A DNA stretch of 64,000 nucleotides from Polyangia bacterium (lineage in GTDB: Bacteria; Myxococcota_A; Polyangia; Fen-1088). Both the position numbers and the translations under genes were made by a program. The DNA is taken from positions 133,886-197,885 of the forward strand of contig DATATI010000074.1 of the NCBI GenBank assembly GCA_036268875.1. Reading direction: 5' to 3'. Every line of letters begins with the position of its first letter. Within the stretch, counting starts at the first letter, position 1. This document shows positions 20,914 to 29,870 of this stretch, in pieces. Under the pieces are notes generated by a model, which saw only the letters and a program-made list of their open reading frames with translations, made no database searches and had not been told where the DNA came from.

Positions 20914-23757
20914 ATGAGCGCGTCCTCGCCCGGCATCAGCGGCAAGCCCAGCCTTTACATCCTGGACGCGCTGAATTTTCTTTTTCGGGCGTTTCACGCC
21001 CTGCCGCCGCTGACCACCCGCAAGGGCGTTCCCACCGGCGCGGTGTACGGCCTTTGCCAGATGCTGCTGAAGATCGATCGCGACAACCGCCCCACGCACT
21101 GGTGCGTGGTGTTCGATGCGCCCGGCGAAAACTTCCGCCACCAGATCTTCACCGAATACAAAGCCCACCGTCCCCCCATGCCGCCCGAGCTGGCCGTGCA
21201 GGTCGATCTCCTTCACACCGTGATCGCGGCCTTCGGTATCTCCCGGTTGTCGGTGCCGGGGTTCGAAGCCGACGACGTCATCGCCACCGTCACCGGCAAG
21301 GCGGTGGCGGCGGGGATGGAGGTGGTGATCTGCTCGTCGGACAAGGACCTGATGCAGCTGTGCTCGCCGTCGGTGTGGTTGTTGGACACGATGAAGAACC
21401 GCCGGCTGGGGCCGCCCGAGGTGCAGGAAAAATTTGGCGTGCCCCCCGACAAGGTCGGCGACGTGCTGGCCCTGATGGGCGACAGCATCGACAACGTTCC
21501 GGGCGTCGACGGCATCGGCCCGAAGACGGCGTCCGAGCTGATCAACAAGTTCGGGTCGCTGACCGAGCTGCTGGCGCGAGTGGGCGAAGTGAAAGGCAAG
21601 CGGGGCGAGACGCTGGCGGCGGCGCGCGAGGCGGTGCTGACCTCGCGCGAGCTGGTCCGCCTGCGCGAGGACGTGGCGCTGCCAAAGACGTTGACCGAGC
21701 TTCACCGCGTGGAGCCCGACAAAGAACAACTGCGCGCGCTGTTCACCGAGCTGGAGTTCACCCGCTTGCTGGATTCGCTGAACACCGGCGGCGCGCAGAC
21801 CCAGACGTTGATCTTCAGCGCCCGGCCGCCGGCGCAGGCTTCGTCGGCGGCGGTCGCGGCGACGACCGACCCAGAAACGCCAGCGGCGACGTCACCCGTC
21901 GCACCGCTCGTCCAGCCGCCGGCGGTTCCGGCGATTCCCGCCCAGCCGGCGCGACTGATTCTCGATCGCTCGTCGCTGGGCGAACTGGCGGCGCAGCTTG
22001 TCGCCGCCGGCGGGGTGGGCCTGGCGGCGCTGTATGACGGGCCGTCGCCGGTGAACGCCGATCTGGTGGGCCTGGCGCTGGCGTTGCCCGACGGAACCCG
22101 CGCCTACCTGCCGCTTTGCCATCGCTATCTGGGTGCGCCGACCATGTTGCCCGAAGCGGACGCTCTGGCCGTCCTGGCCGCCGCGCTGGCGGATCCGTCC
22201 CTGAAGAAACACGGCCACGACATCAAGACCGTCGAGGTGCTCCTGCACCGGCGCGGCCTGGTGCTGGGAGGCCAGTCGTCCGACGCGATGATCGCCGCCT
22301 ACCTGCTGGATTCGTCGCGTACACGTTATGACCTCGACGTCATTGCCACCGGCGAAGGGATCACCGACGTGACCGCGCGGCCGACGTGGATGGGCACCGG
22401 CCGCAACGCCCGCCAGGGCAGCGACGTGCCCATCGAGGAAGCCGCGCGCCAGCTGGGCGCGGAAGCCGCCGCCGCGTTGGCCCTGGCCGCGCCGCAAAGC
22501 CGCCAGCTCGCCGCCACTGGCCTGGGCGAGCTTTACACCACGATGGATCTGCCGCTGTCGCACGCCCTGGCCACCATCGAATGCCGGGGCATTCGTCTGG
22601 ACGTCGAGTATCTGCGCGGTCTCGGCAACGAAGTCAGCGGATCGTTGCTGGCGCTGGAAAAAGAGATTCACGCCGCCGCCGGCGCGCCCTTCAATATCAA
22701 CTCGAACAAACAGCTCGGGGACGTGCTGTTCGGGCGCCTGGGCCTGCCGGTGGTGCGCAAAACAAAGACCGGCGCCTCCACCGACGCTGACACGCTGGAG
22801 GAGCTGGCCGCCCTGCACCCGGTGCCGGCGAAGATCGTCGAGTATCGGATGCTGGCCAAGCTGAAGGGCACGTACATCGACGCGCTGCCGGCGCTGGTCA
22901 ATTCGTCGACCGGGCGGCTGCACACCTCGTTCAACCAGACCGTGGCCGCCACCGGCCGGCTGTCGTCGAGCGATCCCAATTTACAAAACATTCCCATCCG
23001 CTCGGAGGTGGGCCGGCGTATCCGGCGCGCCTTCGTGGCCAAACCCGGGCACGTGCTGGTGTCGGCGGACTATTCACAGATCGAGCTGCGCATCCTGGCC
23101 CATTACTCCGAAGACCCGGCGTTCCTGGACGCCTTTCGGTCTGGCCAGGACATCCACCTGCGCACGGCCGCCGAGGTCTTCCAGATCCCGCCGACGTCAG
23201 TCACCCCTGAACACCGGCGCATCGCCAAGGCCATCAACTTTGGGTTGGTGTTCGGGCAAAGCGACTTCGGCCTGGCACAGGTGCTCCGCATTCCGCGCGC
23301 CCAGGCCCGGACCTATATCGACAGCTATTTTCAGCGCTATGCCGGCGTGCGGGCGTACATGGAACGGGCCATCGCCGACGCGCGCGCCTCCGGCGAGTCG
23401 GGGACGCTGCTCGGCCGCCGCCGCCCGCTGCCGGAGATCCGCGCCGCCCGCCAGCAGGATCGCGCCTACGCCGAGCGCATCGCCCGCAACACGCCGATCC
23501 AGGGTTCCGCCGCCGATCTTTTGAAGATGGCGATGATCAAAGTCGAGCACGCCGCCGCGATCCCGGGATCGCCGGCGGCGGACGCCGGCCTTCTGCTGAC
23601 CGTCCACGACGAGCTGGTCTTCGAGGTTCCCGACGGGCGGCTGGATTCCTTCAAGGATTGGATCAAGAGCGTCATGGAGACCATCTACCCCCTGAAAGTT
23701 CCGCTGGTCGTCGACGTTGGCGCCGGTCCCACCTGGGCCGACGCGCACGGTGGCTGA
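20914..23757 (+). CDS. polA: DNA polymerase I
   Basis: 5'-3' exonuclease domain (LYILDALNFLFRAFHA). Polymerase motifs (RRIAKAINFGLVFGQSDFGL, LTVHDELVFEVP). 947 aa. A Pro/Ala-rich insert follows the 5' nuclease domain. 3'-5' exo motif I appears degenerate (YDGP in place of DTET). Confidence 0.92.
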   Translation: MSASSPGISGKPSLYILDALNFLFRAFHALPPLTTRKGVPTGAVYGLCQMLLKIDRDNRPTHWCVVFDAPGENFRHQIFTEYKAHRPPMPPELAVQVDLLHTVIAAFGISRLSVPGFEADDVIATVTGKAVAAGMEVVICSSDKDLMQLCSPSVWLLDTMKNRRLGPPEVQEKFGVPPDKVGDVLALMGDSIDNVPGVDGIGPKTASELINKFGSLTELLARVGEVKGKRGETLAAAREAVLTSRELVRLREDVALPKTLTELHRVEPDKEQLRALFTELEFTRLLDSLNTGGAQTQTLIFSARPPAQASSAAVAATTDPETPAATSPVAPLVQPPAVPAIPAQPARLILDRSSLGELAAQLVAAGGVGLAALYDGPSPVNADLVGLALALPDGTRAYLPLCHRYLGAPTMLPEADALAVLAAALADPSLKKHGHDIKTVEVLLHRRGLVLGGQSSDAMIAAYLLDSSRTRYDLDVIATGEGITDVTARPTWMGTGRNARQGSDVPIEEAARQLGAEAAAALALAAPQSRQLAATGLGELYTTMDLPLSHALATIECRGIRLDVEYLRGLGNEVSGSLLALEKEIHAAAGAPFNINSNKQLGDVLFGRLGLPVVRKTKTGASTDADTLEELAALHPVPAKIVEYRMLAKLKGTYIDALPALVNSSTGRLHTSFNQTVAATGRLSSSDPNLQNIPIRSEVGRRIRRAFVAKPGHVLVSADYSQIELRILAHYSEDPAFLDAFRSGQDIHLRTAAEVFQIPPTSVTPEHRRIAKAINFGLVFGQSDFGLAQVLRIPRAQARTYIDSYFQRYAGVRAYMERAIADARASGESGTLLGRRRPLPEIRAARQQDRAYAERIARNTPIQGSAADLLKMAMIKVEHAAAIPGSPAADAGLLLTVHDELVFEVPDGRLDSFKDWIKSVMETIYPLKVPLVVDVGAGPTWADAHGG

Positions 23758-23811
23758 ACGAGACAAAAGTTCATGGCCCGCAGTCTTTTGTGAGTATGAT
23801 GATGTGTCTTC

Positions 23812-25194
23812 ATGCGCCGCCGCGTTTCCCTCCTGACGCTGTGCTCGGCCCTCGGGGCGCTGTCGCTGGGCGCTGGCTGCCGCCGGGTGGCGGATCGCCC
23901 GCTGGCGGCATCGGCGGCCGGCGTGGCGGCGAAGGAAAACGGCGTCGGCGTGATCACGGGCGGCGCCCGGACCGGCGACGACAATGGCTCCCCCGATTCA
24001 AAACCAGCCAAGGATCCCGACCCGCGCCCGCTGCACCGTTGTTTTCCCGATCGGCCTTCGTGGCTTGATGCCCCGGTCGGCGACCTTTTGGACCGCGCTG
24101 GCGAGTTGTTCGACGCCTCCGACTTCGACGGCGCGCTGGCTTGCGCCGAGGAGGCCGCCCGTCAGGCCCCGCGCTCGGTCGAGGCGCACCACAACCGCGC
24201 GGTCGCGCTGATGCACCTCGACCGCCTGGACGACGCCCGCGACGCCATGGCGCTGGCGCTGGCGCTGAACCCGATGGATCCGGAAACGCTGGAAGCGGCC
24301 GCCGATCTGAACATCAACCAGTTGCCGCCGTCGGCAGATCGTTCGGCCATTGGCCTCGAATACGCCCGCCGCGGCAGCCGGCACGTCGGCCACAACGACG
24401 CCGAACGCGCGGCGCGCCTGGCGTTGCTGGAAGGGCAGGCGCTGATCGATCTCGGGCGGGCGTCGGAAGCCTTGCGGCGCATCGACGCCGCGCTGGCCGC
24501 CACGCCCAAGCTGGCGCCGGCGCAGTACGAACGCGGCGTGGCCTTGTTCGAGCTTTGTCGCTTTCCCGAAGCGCAGCGCATGTTCGAGAAGGTGCTGGAC
24601 TCCACGCCCGAGCACAGCCACGCGCTTTACCATCTGGGCCTCATCGCCGAACGCCTGGGAAACGACGCCGCAGCGAACCGACGCCTCAACGAAGCGCATG
24701 CGCAAGATCCGAAAGCGTTCCCTCTGCCGCCCGATGTCTCGCCCGCCGACTTTGCCGATCGCGTGCGCAGGGCGGTGGCGGCGCTGCCCGCCGACGTGCA
24801 GGCCGACCTGGCGCAGATACAGGTTCAGGCCGCCGAGATCCCGCTGATGGAGGATCTGGTCGCCGAGCGGCCGCCGCTGTCACCGACGATCCTGGGCCTG
24901 TTCCGCGGCCTACCGCTCGGCTGGTCCGAGGAAGAACCGCGCTCGGCGCAAGCCGTGCGGGCCGGCAAGAGCCGCCGTGCGCCGGTGTCCGGCGGTCAGG
25001 ACGAACCGGTGGATCACGACGGCGCCAACTGTGCCGTGCCCGAAAGGGCCGTGGTCCTGTACCGCCGCAACCTGCTGCGCACCGTGCGCGACGCGGCCGA
25101 ACTGGATCAAGCAATCACCCGCACGCTGCTGCACGAAGCAGGGCACCTGCGCGGGGAGGATGACGGCTCTTTACGCGATCGGGGACTGGAATGA
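23812..25194 (+). CDS. TPR-repeat lipoprotein with C-terminal zincin-like metallopeptidase domain
   Basis: Lipobox (LSLGAGC). TPR-like helical repeats. The C-terminal LLHEAGHLRGEDDGSLRD resembles the HExxH motif of the small zinc-dependent metallopeptidase family (DUF/COG3824 type). Confidence 0.65.
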   Translation: MRRRVSLLTLCSALGALSLGAGCRRVADRPLAASAAGVAAKENGVGVITGGARTGDDNGSPDSKPAKDPDPRPLHRCFPDRPSWLDAPVGDLLDRAGELFDASDFDGALACAEEAARQAPRSVEAHHNRAVALMHLDRLDDARDAMALALALNPMDPETLEAAADLNINQLPPSADRSAIGLEYARRGSRHVGHNDAERAARLALLEGQALIDLGRASEALRRIDAALAATPKLAPAQYERGVALFELCRFPEAQRMFEKVLDSTPEHSHALYHLGLIAERLGNDAAANRRLNEAHAQDPKAFPLPPDVSPADFADRVRRAVAALPADVQADLAQIQVQAAEIPLMEDLVAERPPLSPTILGLFRGLPLGWSEEEPRSAQAVRAGKSRRAPVSGGQDEPVDHDGANCAVPERAVVLYRRNLLRTVRDAAELDQAITRTLLHEAGHLRGEDDGSLRDRGLE

Positions 25195-25799
25195 CCGCCG
25201 CTGTTTCGACCAAGCGATCGTTATCTGTTTTTGCCGTGCTGGCCGTGCCGCTGATTCTGAGCGCGCTGGCGGGCCGGGCCAACGGCGCCCCCGACGACGA
25301 AGCCGATGCGGAAGCGCGGCGCCGATTTCGCCGCGGCACCAAGCTGTTCGACGACGGCAAGTTCCGCGAAGCCGCGCACGAGTTCGAAGCGGGCTACGCC
25401 GTTTTACCCCGCACCGGATTCCTGATGAACATCGGCCACAGCTATCGCCGCGCCGGTGATCTGAAGAAGGCCAAACGCTATTACGAGATGTTCCTGCAGC
25501 AGGAGACCGAATCGCCGCGCCAGCGCGCCGAGGCCGGTGAGTACATCAAGATCGTCGACGAGGGGTTGGCTGAACAATCCACCGACGAAACGCCCGAACT
25601 GAATTCCGCCCAGGTTCACCAACCGCTGGCCCCCAAACCACCCGATCCCAGTGGTCCGCTGGCGGTCTCGAACGAGGATCTCGAAAAGATGTGCCGCGCG
25701 CGCCCCGAAAAACCCCCGGTCGTCCCCTGGGTGATCGCCGGCGTCGCCGCCATCGTTGCCGCCGGCCTCGGAGCCGCATTAATCATTACGAACCGCTGA
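25191..25799 (+). CDS. TPR-like secreted/membrane-anchored protein
   Basis: ATGA overlap with the upstream gene. Signal peptide. TPR-like sequence (GKFREAAHEFEAGYAVLPRTGFLMNIGHSYRRAGDLKKAKRYYEMF). C-terminal TM helix (WVIAGVAAIVAAGLGAALII). Confidence 0.65.
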   Translation: MTAAVSTKRSLSVFAVLAVPLILSALAGRANGAPDDEADAEARRRFRRGTKLFDDGKFREAAHEFEAGYAVLPRTGFLMNIGHSYRRAGDLKKAKRYYEMFLQQETESPRQRAEAGEYIKIVDEGLAEQSTDETPELNSAQVHQPLAPKPPDPSGPLAVSNEDLEKMCRARPEKPPVVPWVIAGVAAIVAAGLGAALIITNR

Positions 25800-25898
25800 T
25801 CGCAGATCCAGATCGGCGTTCGTCGATACGCGGCTGACAAGCCGCCCCCAGCGGGTCGGATCGTCAGCCGTCGTTGGAGCGAGCCGACCCGCTCGACG

Positions 25899-26669
25899 TT
25901 ACTTCTTCTTTTTGCCCGTGCCGCCTTCGGCGTCGATGCGAGCACCGCCGACTTTTTCGGCGGCCTTGCCTTCCAGCTTGATGTCCTGCGCTTCGGGCGG
26001 AAGGATCGAGTTGCCCTCGGTGATGACCTTGCCGGTGCCGTCCTGAAGCTTCTTGTGGATGATGAGTCCGTCCGATGCCGCGAACCCGGCCATCGAGTTG
26101 ATGGCGAACGTTCCGGTGACGACGTAGGGGTCACCGGCCTTGGCCACCAGTGGCTTCGGTTTACCGGTCTTCCAATCCTTCACCGGGTAATCCGCCACCA
26201 ACAAGCCGTGGTCCAGCTTGGTGGTCGGCGTGTCGCCGAGGAAGAAATGCGGCTGATCACAGGGGCGGCAACCGTTCTTCAGCTGCTCGGCGGCGGCTTG
26301 CGCGGCGGCCTTCGGCGGGGCGCCGGTCTTGGCCTCTTTGCGCTTTTCCTTCTTCGATTTCGCCGCCAGTTCGTCGTTGCACTTGCGCAGCTCTGCCGGG
26401 CATTCATAGACCTGCAGCATGTACGCCTTTACCTGAACGTCCTTGTCCAGGTACTTGCTCATGTGCTTGCGCAGGCCGAAGATCGACAGTTCGCCGCTGG
26501 GATATTGCTCGGGCGCGGTCTGCACGTTGAAATTAGGCGGGGGAGGCAGATCGACCTTCACCGGCGGCAGCTCTGTCCCCTGGCCCAAAGCCACGCCCGA
26601 GCTGAGAGGTCCGAGCAGCGCCAATGCCAGGGGCACCGTCAAGTGATATACGAACGGAAGTCGCATCAT
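25899..26669 (-). CDS. Secreted hypothetical protein with Lys-rich C-terminal tail
   Basis: The ATG at 26669 gives the signal peptide MMRLPFVYHLTVPLALALLGPL. GC3-rich coding. C-terminal GGTGKKKK tail. The upstream extension of the six-frame ORF lacks a signal peptide. Confidence 0.55.
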   Translation of the reverse strand: MMRLPFVYHLTVPLALALLGPLSSGVALGQGTELPPVKVDLPPPPNFNVQTAPEQYPSGELSIFGLRKHMSKYLDKDVQVKAYMLQVYECPAELRKCNDELAAKSKKEKRKEAKTGAPPKAAAQAAAEQLKNGCRPCDQPHFFLGDTPTTKLDHGLLVADYPVKDWKTGKPKPLVAKAGDPYVVTGTFAINSMAGFAASDGLIIHKKLQDGTGKVITEGNSILPPEAQDIKLEGKAAEKVGGARIDAEGGTGKKKK

Positions 26670-26719
26670 GAAACCTCTCCTGCCAAAAGTGTGGGAACGT
26701 CCTGAATAACACGGGCATT

Positions 26720-28441
26720 TTGGACCGGCAAGCGTGGCGGTGGGCGACGCGCACCGCACGCGCCCGTCGAGGCGCGCTGACTCTGCTGGCCACGTTGACC
26801 GTCGCCGGGGGAGCCTGTCGTTCAAACCCGCGACGCCCGGCGAAGAATACGGACGGCCAGACGGCAAAATCAGCGGCCGGCCCGGGAAAAACCTTCGCCG
26901 CCAAACCGCCTCTGCAAGCCGCTTCATTGCCGTCGCCCGAGTCGGTGCCGCTGCCGCCCGCCGGGCACGCGGGCGGCACGCTGCGTGTTCACCTGGACGC
27001 CGAGCCTTCGCACCTGCACCCGCTGAACGATCCTGACCCAGCGGCGCTGCTGGTGGTCAGCGGCCTCGTCTACCAGACGCTGATTCGTTGCGAGGGCGGG
27101 GCGTACCGGCCGGGTCTGGCGGAAAGTTGGGAGACGTCCAGCGACGGACTGCGCATCACGCTTCACCTGCGCAGTGGCGTACGCTGGCACGATCGCCACG
27201 GCTTCGGCGTGCTGGACGTGCAGGCCTCGTTGGAACCATTCCTGCGCAACGGCTCGACGATGCCGCTGCTGCGCGCCGACCTGGGCGACATCGCCACCGT
27301 CGAGATCGCCGCCGAGCGCATCGTCCGGCTGAACCTGAAGCGTCCCTCGGATCTGGCGCTGCGCGCGCTGTGCGACCTGCCGATCCTGCCTAGCCACCTG
27401 ATTCGCGACGTCCGTCCCGACGCTGCGCCCATCGCCCGCCAGCCGATCGGCACGGGCCCATATCGGTTTGTCGCCTGGGAGCGCGGAAAGCGAATCCGCC
27501 TGGCGCGCGCGGCCGACACCTGGGACACGCCCGGTGCGCCCGACGAGATCGTCTTCGAGATCGACTCCGACGCTGTCCGCGCCTTGAACCGCACGCGGCG
27601 GGGCGACCTGGACATTCTGCCGCGCGTGCTGGACGTTCACTATCCCGATCAGGTCGACCCGTCGACGTTGCACGACGCCACCAAGTTGTACAAGGCGACG
27701 CCCGATCGCTATTCGTTCCTGGTGGCCAATCACCGGCATTTTCCTCTTGGCGACGCCCGGTTTCGGCGCGGTCTGGCCATGCTCTGGGATCGCCAGCGGT
27801 TCGCTCAAGAGCTGCACCGCGATCTGGCGCGGCCCATCGGCGGCCCGACGTTCGGCGCGGCGATCGGGGCGCCAGCGCCGATGCCCTTCGATCGGGCGCG
27901 CGCGGTGGCGCTGCTGAACGAAGCCGGTTACCGCGACAGCGACGCCGACGGCGTCCGCGATCAGAATCAGCAGCCCATCCGGCTGACGCTGCTTCAGACC
28001 GCCGGCGCACGCGCCCTGGCCCTGGAGGCGCGCGCCTTCGCCCTGGAGGCGCGCAAGGCCGGCATTTTGATCGACGTGGTGACAGTTGACGGGCCAACCA
28101 TCCTGGCGCGGCTGAAACGGGGCGAGTTCGATCTGGCGCCGATGGTGTGGGACGGACGCGACGACGAAGATCCGGCGCCGCTGTTCGGCGCCGGCGGCGC
28201 CTTCAATTTCGGCGGCTATCGTTCGACAGCGCTGGACGGTCTGCTGGACGCTCTTCACCGCGCCGCCGGCCCGGAGGCGCGGCGGCCGGTGCTGACCCAG
28301 ATCGCGGCGTTGCTGGCCGCGGATCAGCCGGTGATTTTTCTTTACCGTCACGATGTGCCGCTGCTGGTGTCCCAGCGCGTGCACGGTCTGGCCGCCGTCG
28401 GTGATCGCCTGGACTTCCGGCGCGTGTGGCTGGAGCCCTGA
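26720..28441 (+). CDS. ABC transporter substrate-binding protein, family 5 (oligopeptide/dipeptide-like)
   Basis: Lipoprotein signal (LTLLATLTVAGGAC). The SBP_bac_5-type core (GGTLRVHLDAEPSHLHPLNDPDPAALLVVSGLVYQTLIRC, GLAESWETSSDGLRITLHLRSGVRWHD). Confidence 0.8.
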   Translation: MDRQAWRWATRTARARRGALTLLATLTVAGGACRSNPRRPAKNTDGQTAKSAAGPGKTFAAKPPLQAASLPSPESVPLPPAGHAGGTLRVHLDAEPSHLHPLNDPDPAALLVVSGLVYQTLIRCEGGAYRPGLAESWETSSDGLRITLHLRSGVRWHDRHGFGVLDVQASLEPFLRNGSTMPLLRADLGDIATVEIAAERIVRLNLKRPSDLALRALCDLPILPSHLIRDVRPDAAPIARQPIGTGPYRFVAWERGKRIRLARAADTWDTPGAPDEIVFEIDSDAVRALNRTRRGDLDILPRVLDVHYPDQVDPSTLHDATKLYKATPDRYSFLVANHRHFPLGDARFRRGLAMLWDRQRFAQELHRDLARPIGGPTFGAAIGAPAPMPFDRARAVALLNEAGYRDSDADGVRDQNQQPIRLTLLQTAGARALALEARAFALEARKAGILIDVVTVDGPTILARLKRGEFDLAPMVWDGRDDEDPAPLFGAGGAFNFGGYRSTALDGLLDALHRAAGPEARRPVLTQIAALLAADQPVIFLYRHDVPLLVSQRVHGLAAVGDRLDFRRVWLEP

Positions 28442-28442
28442 C

Positions 28443-29588
28443 GTGACGGCTGGCCGAGCGCTGGCGGTCCTCGCAGCGCAGATGTTCGTCGTCGGAACCG
28501 GTTCCGTGGATGCGGCGGCGCCGGTTTGTTTTCCCGCCGCCCCGACGCCCGGGCCGGGCGTGGCAAATCCGTTTCGCCCGCCCGATCCCAAGGCGAGGGT
28601 TTTGAACGCCGACGCGAAAACACTTTATCGCCGCGGACAGTGGGACCAGGCGCGCAAGCTTTATGGTGACGCGCTGGCCGCCGACCCCGCTTTTTTGGCG
28701 CCGCGCTTGAACATCGCGTGCTCGTTCGTGCGGCAGGAGCGTTTCGCCGAAGCGGCGGCGGAAGCGGCGCGTCTGCTGGACGCTGCCTACGTGCCCTGGG
28801 CGCGCGAGATCAGCGAGGCGGCGGACATGGGCGCCTTGAAGGTGCGGCCGGAGATGGCCATCGTGCGCGCCGCGCTGGCCAAAAGCGCCCAACGATGGAG
28901 CGCGGGCCTTTCCGACGATCTCATCTTCGTCGCGCGCCTGCGGCCACCGCTGCGAATTCCTTCCACCGACGCGGGCGTTTTCGTGCTGGGACCGCATCAG
29001 GAGATCTTCGCCTGGTCGCCGTCCACCAACCGCTATCGCCAGTTGACCGCCGACGACGGCCGCGTGCTCGGAATGCTGGTGTCGCTCGATCGGCGGCACG
29101 TTCTTTATTTCACCGCGGAAAAATTGGTCCGTTCCGGCGCCCGCGACGACGCAGGCGCTCTGCGCGGGATGGCGCTGCGCCGAATGGATCTGACGACGAT
29201 GGCCAGCGCGGAACCGCTCCGTGTCACCGGGGACGTTGCGCGGATCGAAGCGCAGGCAACGGCGGCCGGGGCGTTTTCGCTGCACATCACGGGCGATCGC
29301 AGCAGCGGAAATTTCATCGTTCGAGCCGACGGCGGCGCGCTGCTGGCGGGACCGCCGCTGCGCCCGAACGCGAGAGGGCGCCCTCAGTCGAGCGACACGT
29401 TGGTTCTCACCGCTGACGGTGTCGGCAGCACGAGCCAGGTGTCGCTGGCGGGCGTGTGTCCGCTGCGCGCGCGCGACGGGCGCCGCGCTGGTGCGCCGCC
29501 CAGCGTGCAGATCGAGATCAGTCCGCAGAAGATGATTACGTTGCCCGTGTCTGCCGGTGCGGGCGTCGGCGGCTTGCCACTGCGGTGA
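28443..29588 (+). CDS. Secreted hypothetical protein with TPR-like N-terminal region
   Basis: The GTG at 28443 gives a signal-peptide-like N-terminus (RALAVLAAQMFVVGTGSVDAAAP). TPR-like (YRRGQWDQARKLYGDALAADPAF). The 5' part of the six-frame ORF overlaps the SBP gene and is probably not translated. Confidence 0.5.
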   Translation: MTAGRALAVLAAQMFVVGTGSVDAAAPVCFPAAPTPGPGVANPFRPPDPKARVLNADAKTLYRRGQWDQARKLYGDALAADPAFLAPRLNIACSFVRQERFAEAAAEAARLLDAAYVPWAREISEAADMGALKVRPEMAIVRAALAKSAQRWSAGLSDDLIFVARLRPPLRIPSTDAGVFVLGPHQEIFAWSPSTNRYRQLTADDGRVLGMLVSLDRRHVLYFTAEKLVRSGARDDAGALRGMALRRMDLTTMASAEPLRVTGDVARIEAQATAAGAFSLHITGDRSSGNFIVRADGGALLAGPPLRPNARGRPQSSDTLVLTADGVGSTSQVSLAGVCPLRARDGRRAGAPPSVQIEISPQKMITLPVSAGAGVGGLPLR

Positions 29589-29640
29589 GAATTTTGGGCT
29601 GTTTTTTTGCCTCGGTGCGCAGGTAGGATAAGGTGTTCCA

Positions 29641-29868
29641 ATGTCAGTAATGCTCAAGGCTCGACTTTTGTGGGTGCTGCCGGTGGCGGTGGTTGGTTCG
29701 TGGCTGGCGGTGCGTACGCTGGCCGCCTCGACGGTGACGGTGGCCATGGCGCCGCCACCGATTTTGATGGTCAGCGTGATGCCCTCCGCGGCGCCGCGGC
29801 TTGAGATCAAGGACGTCGCGCTGGCGCGTCGGATCAGCCGGCTGGCGGCGCTGGCCAGGCAGAAGTAA
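29641..29868 (+). CDS. Small hypothetical exported/membrane protein (75 aa)
   Basis: The ATG is preceded by AGGATAAGGTG. Hydrophobic N-terminus (LLWVLPVAVVGSWLAVRTLAAS). The stop lies 2 nt before the epimerase start. Confidence 0.35.
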   Translation: MSVMLKARLLWVLPVAVVGSWLAVRTLAASTVTVAMAPPPILMVSVMPSAAPRLEIKDVALARRISRLAALARQK

Positions 29869-29870
29869 TC

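Noticed and set aside
23758-23811. Inverted repeat ACAAAAG...CTTTTGT after polA as a terminator
   Set aside because: The 7-bp AT-rich stem with a 15-nt loop and no following T-tract is too weak to call.
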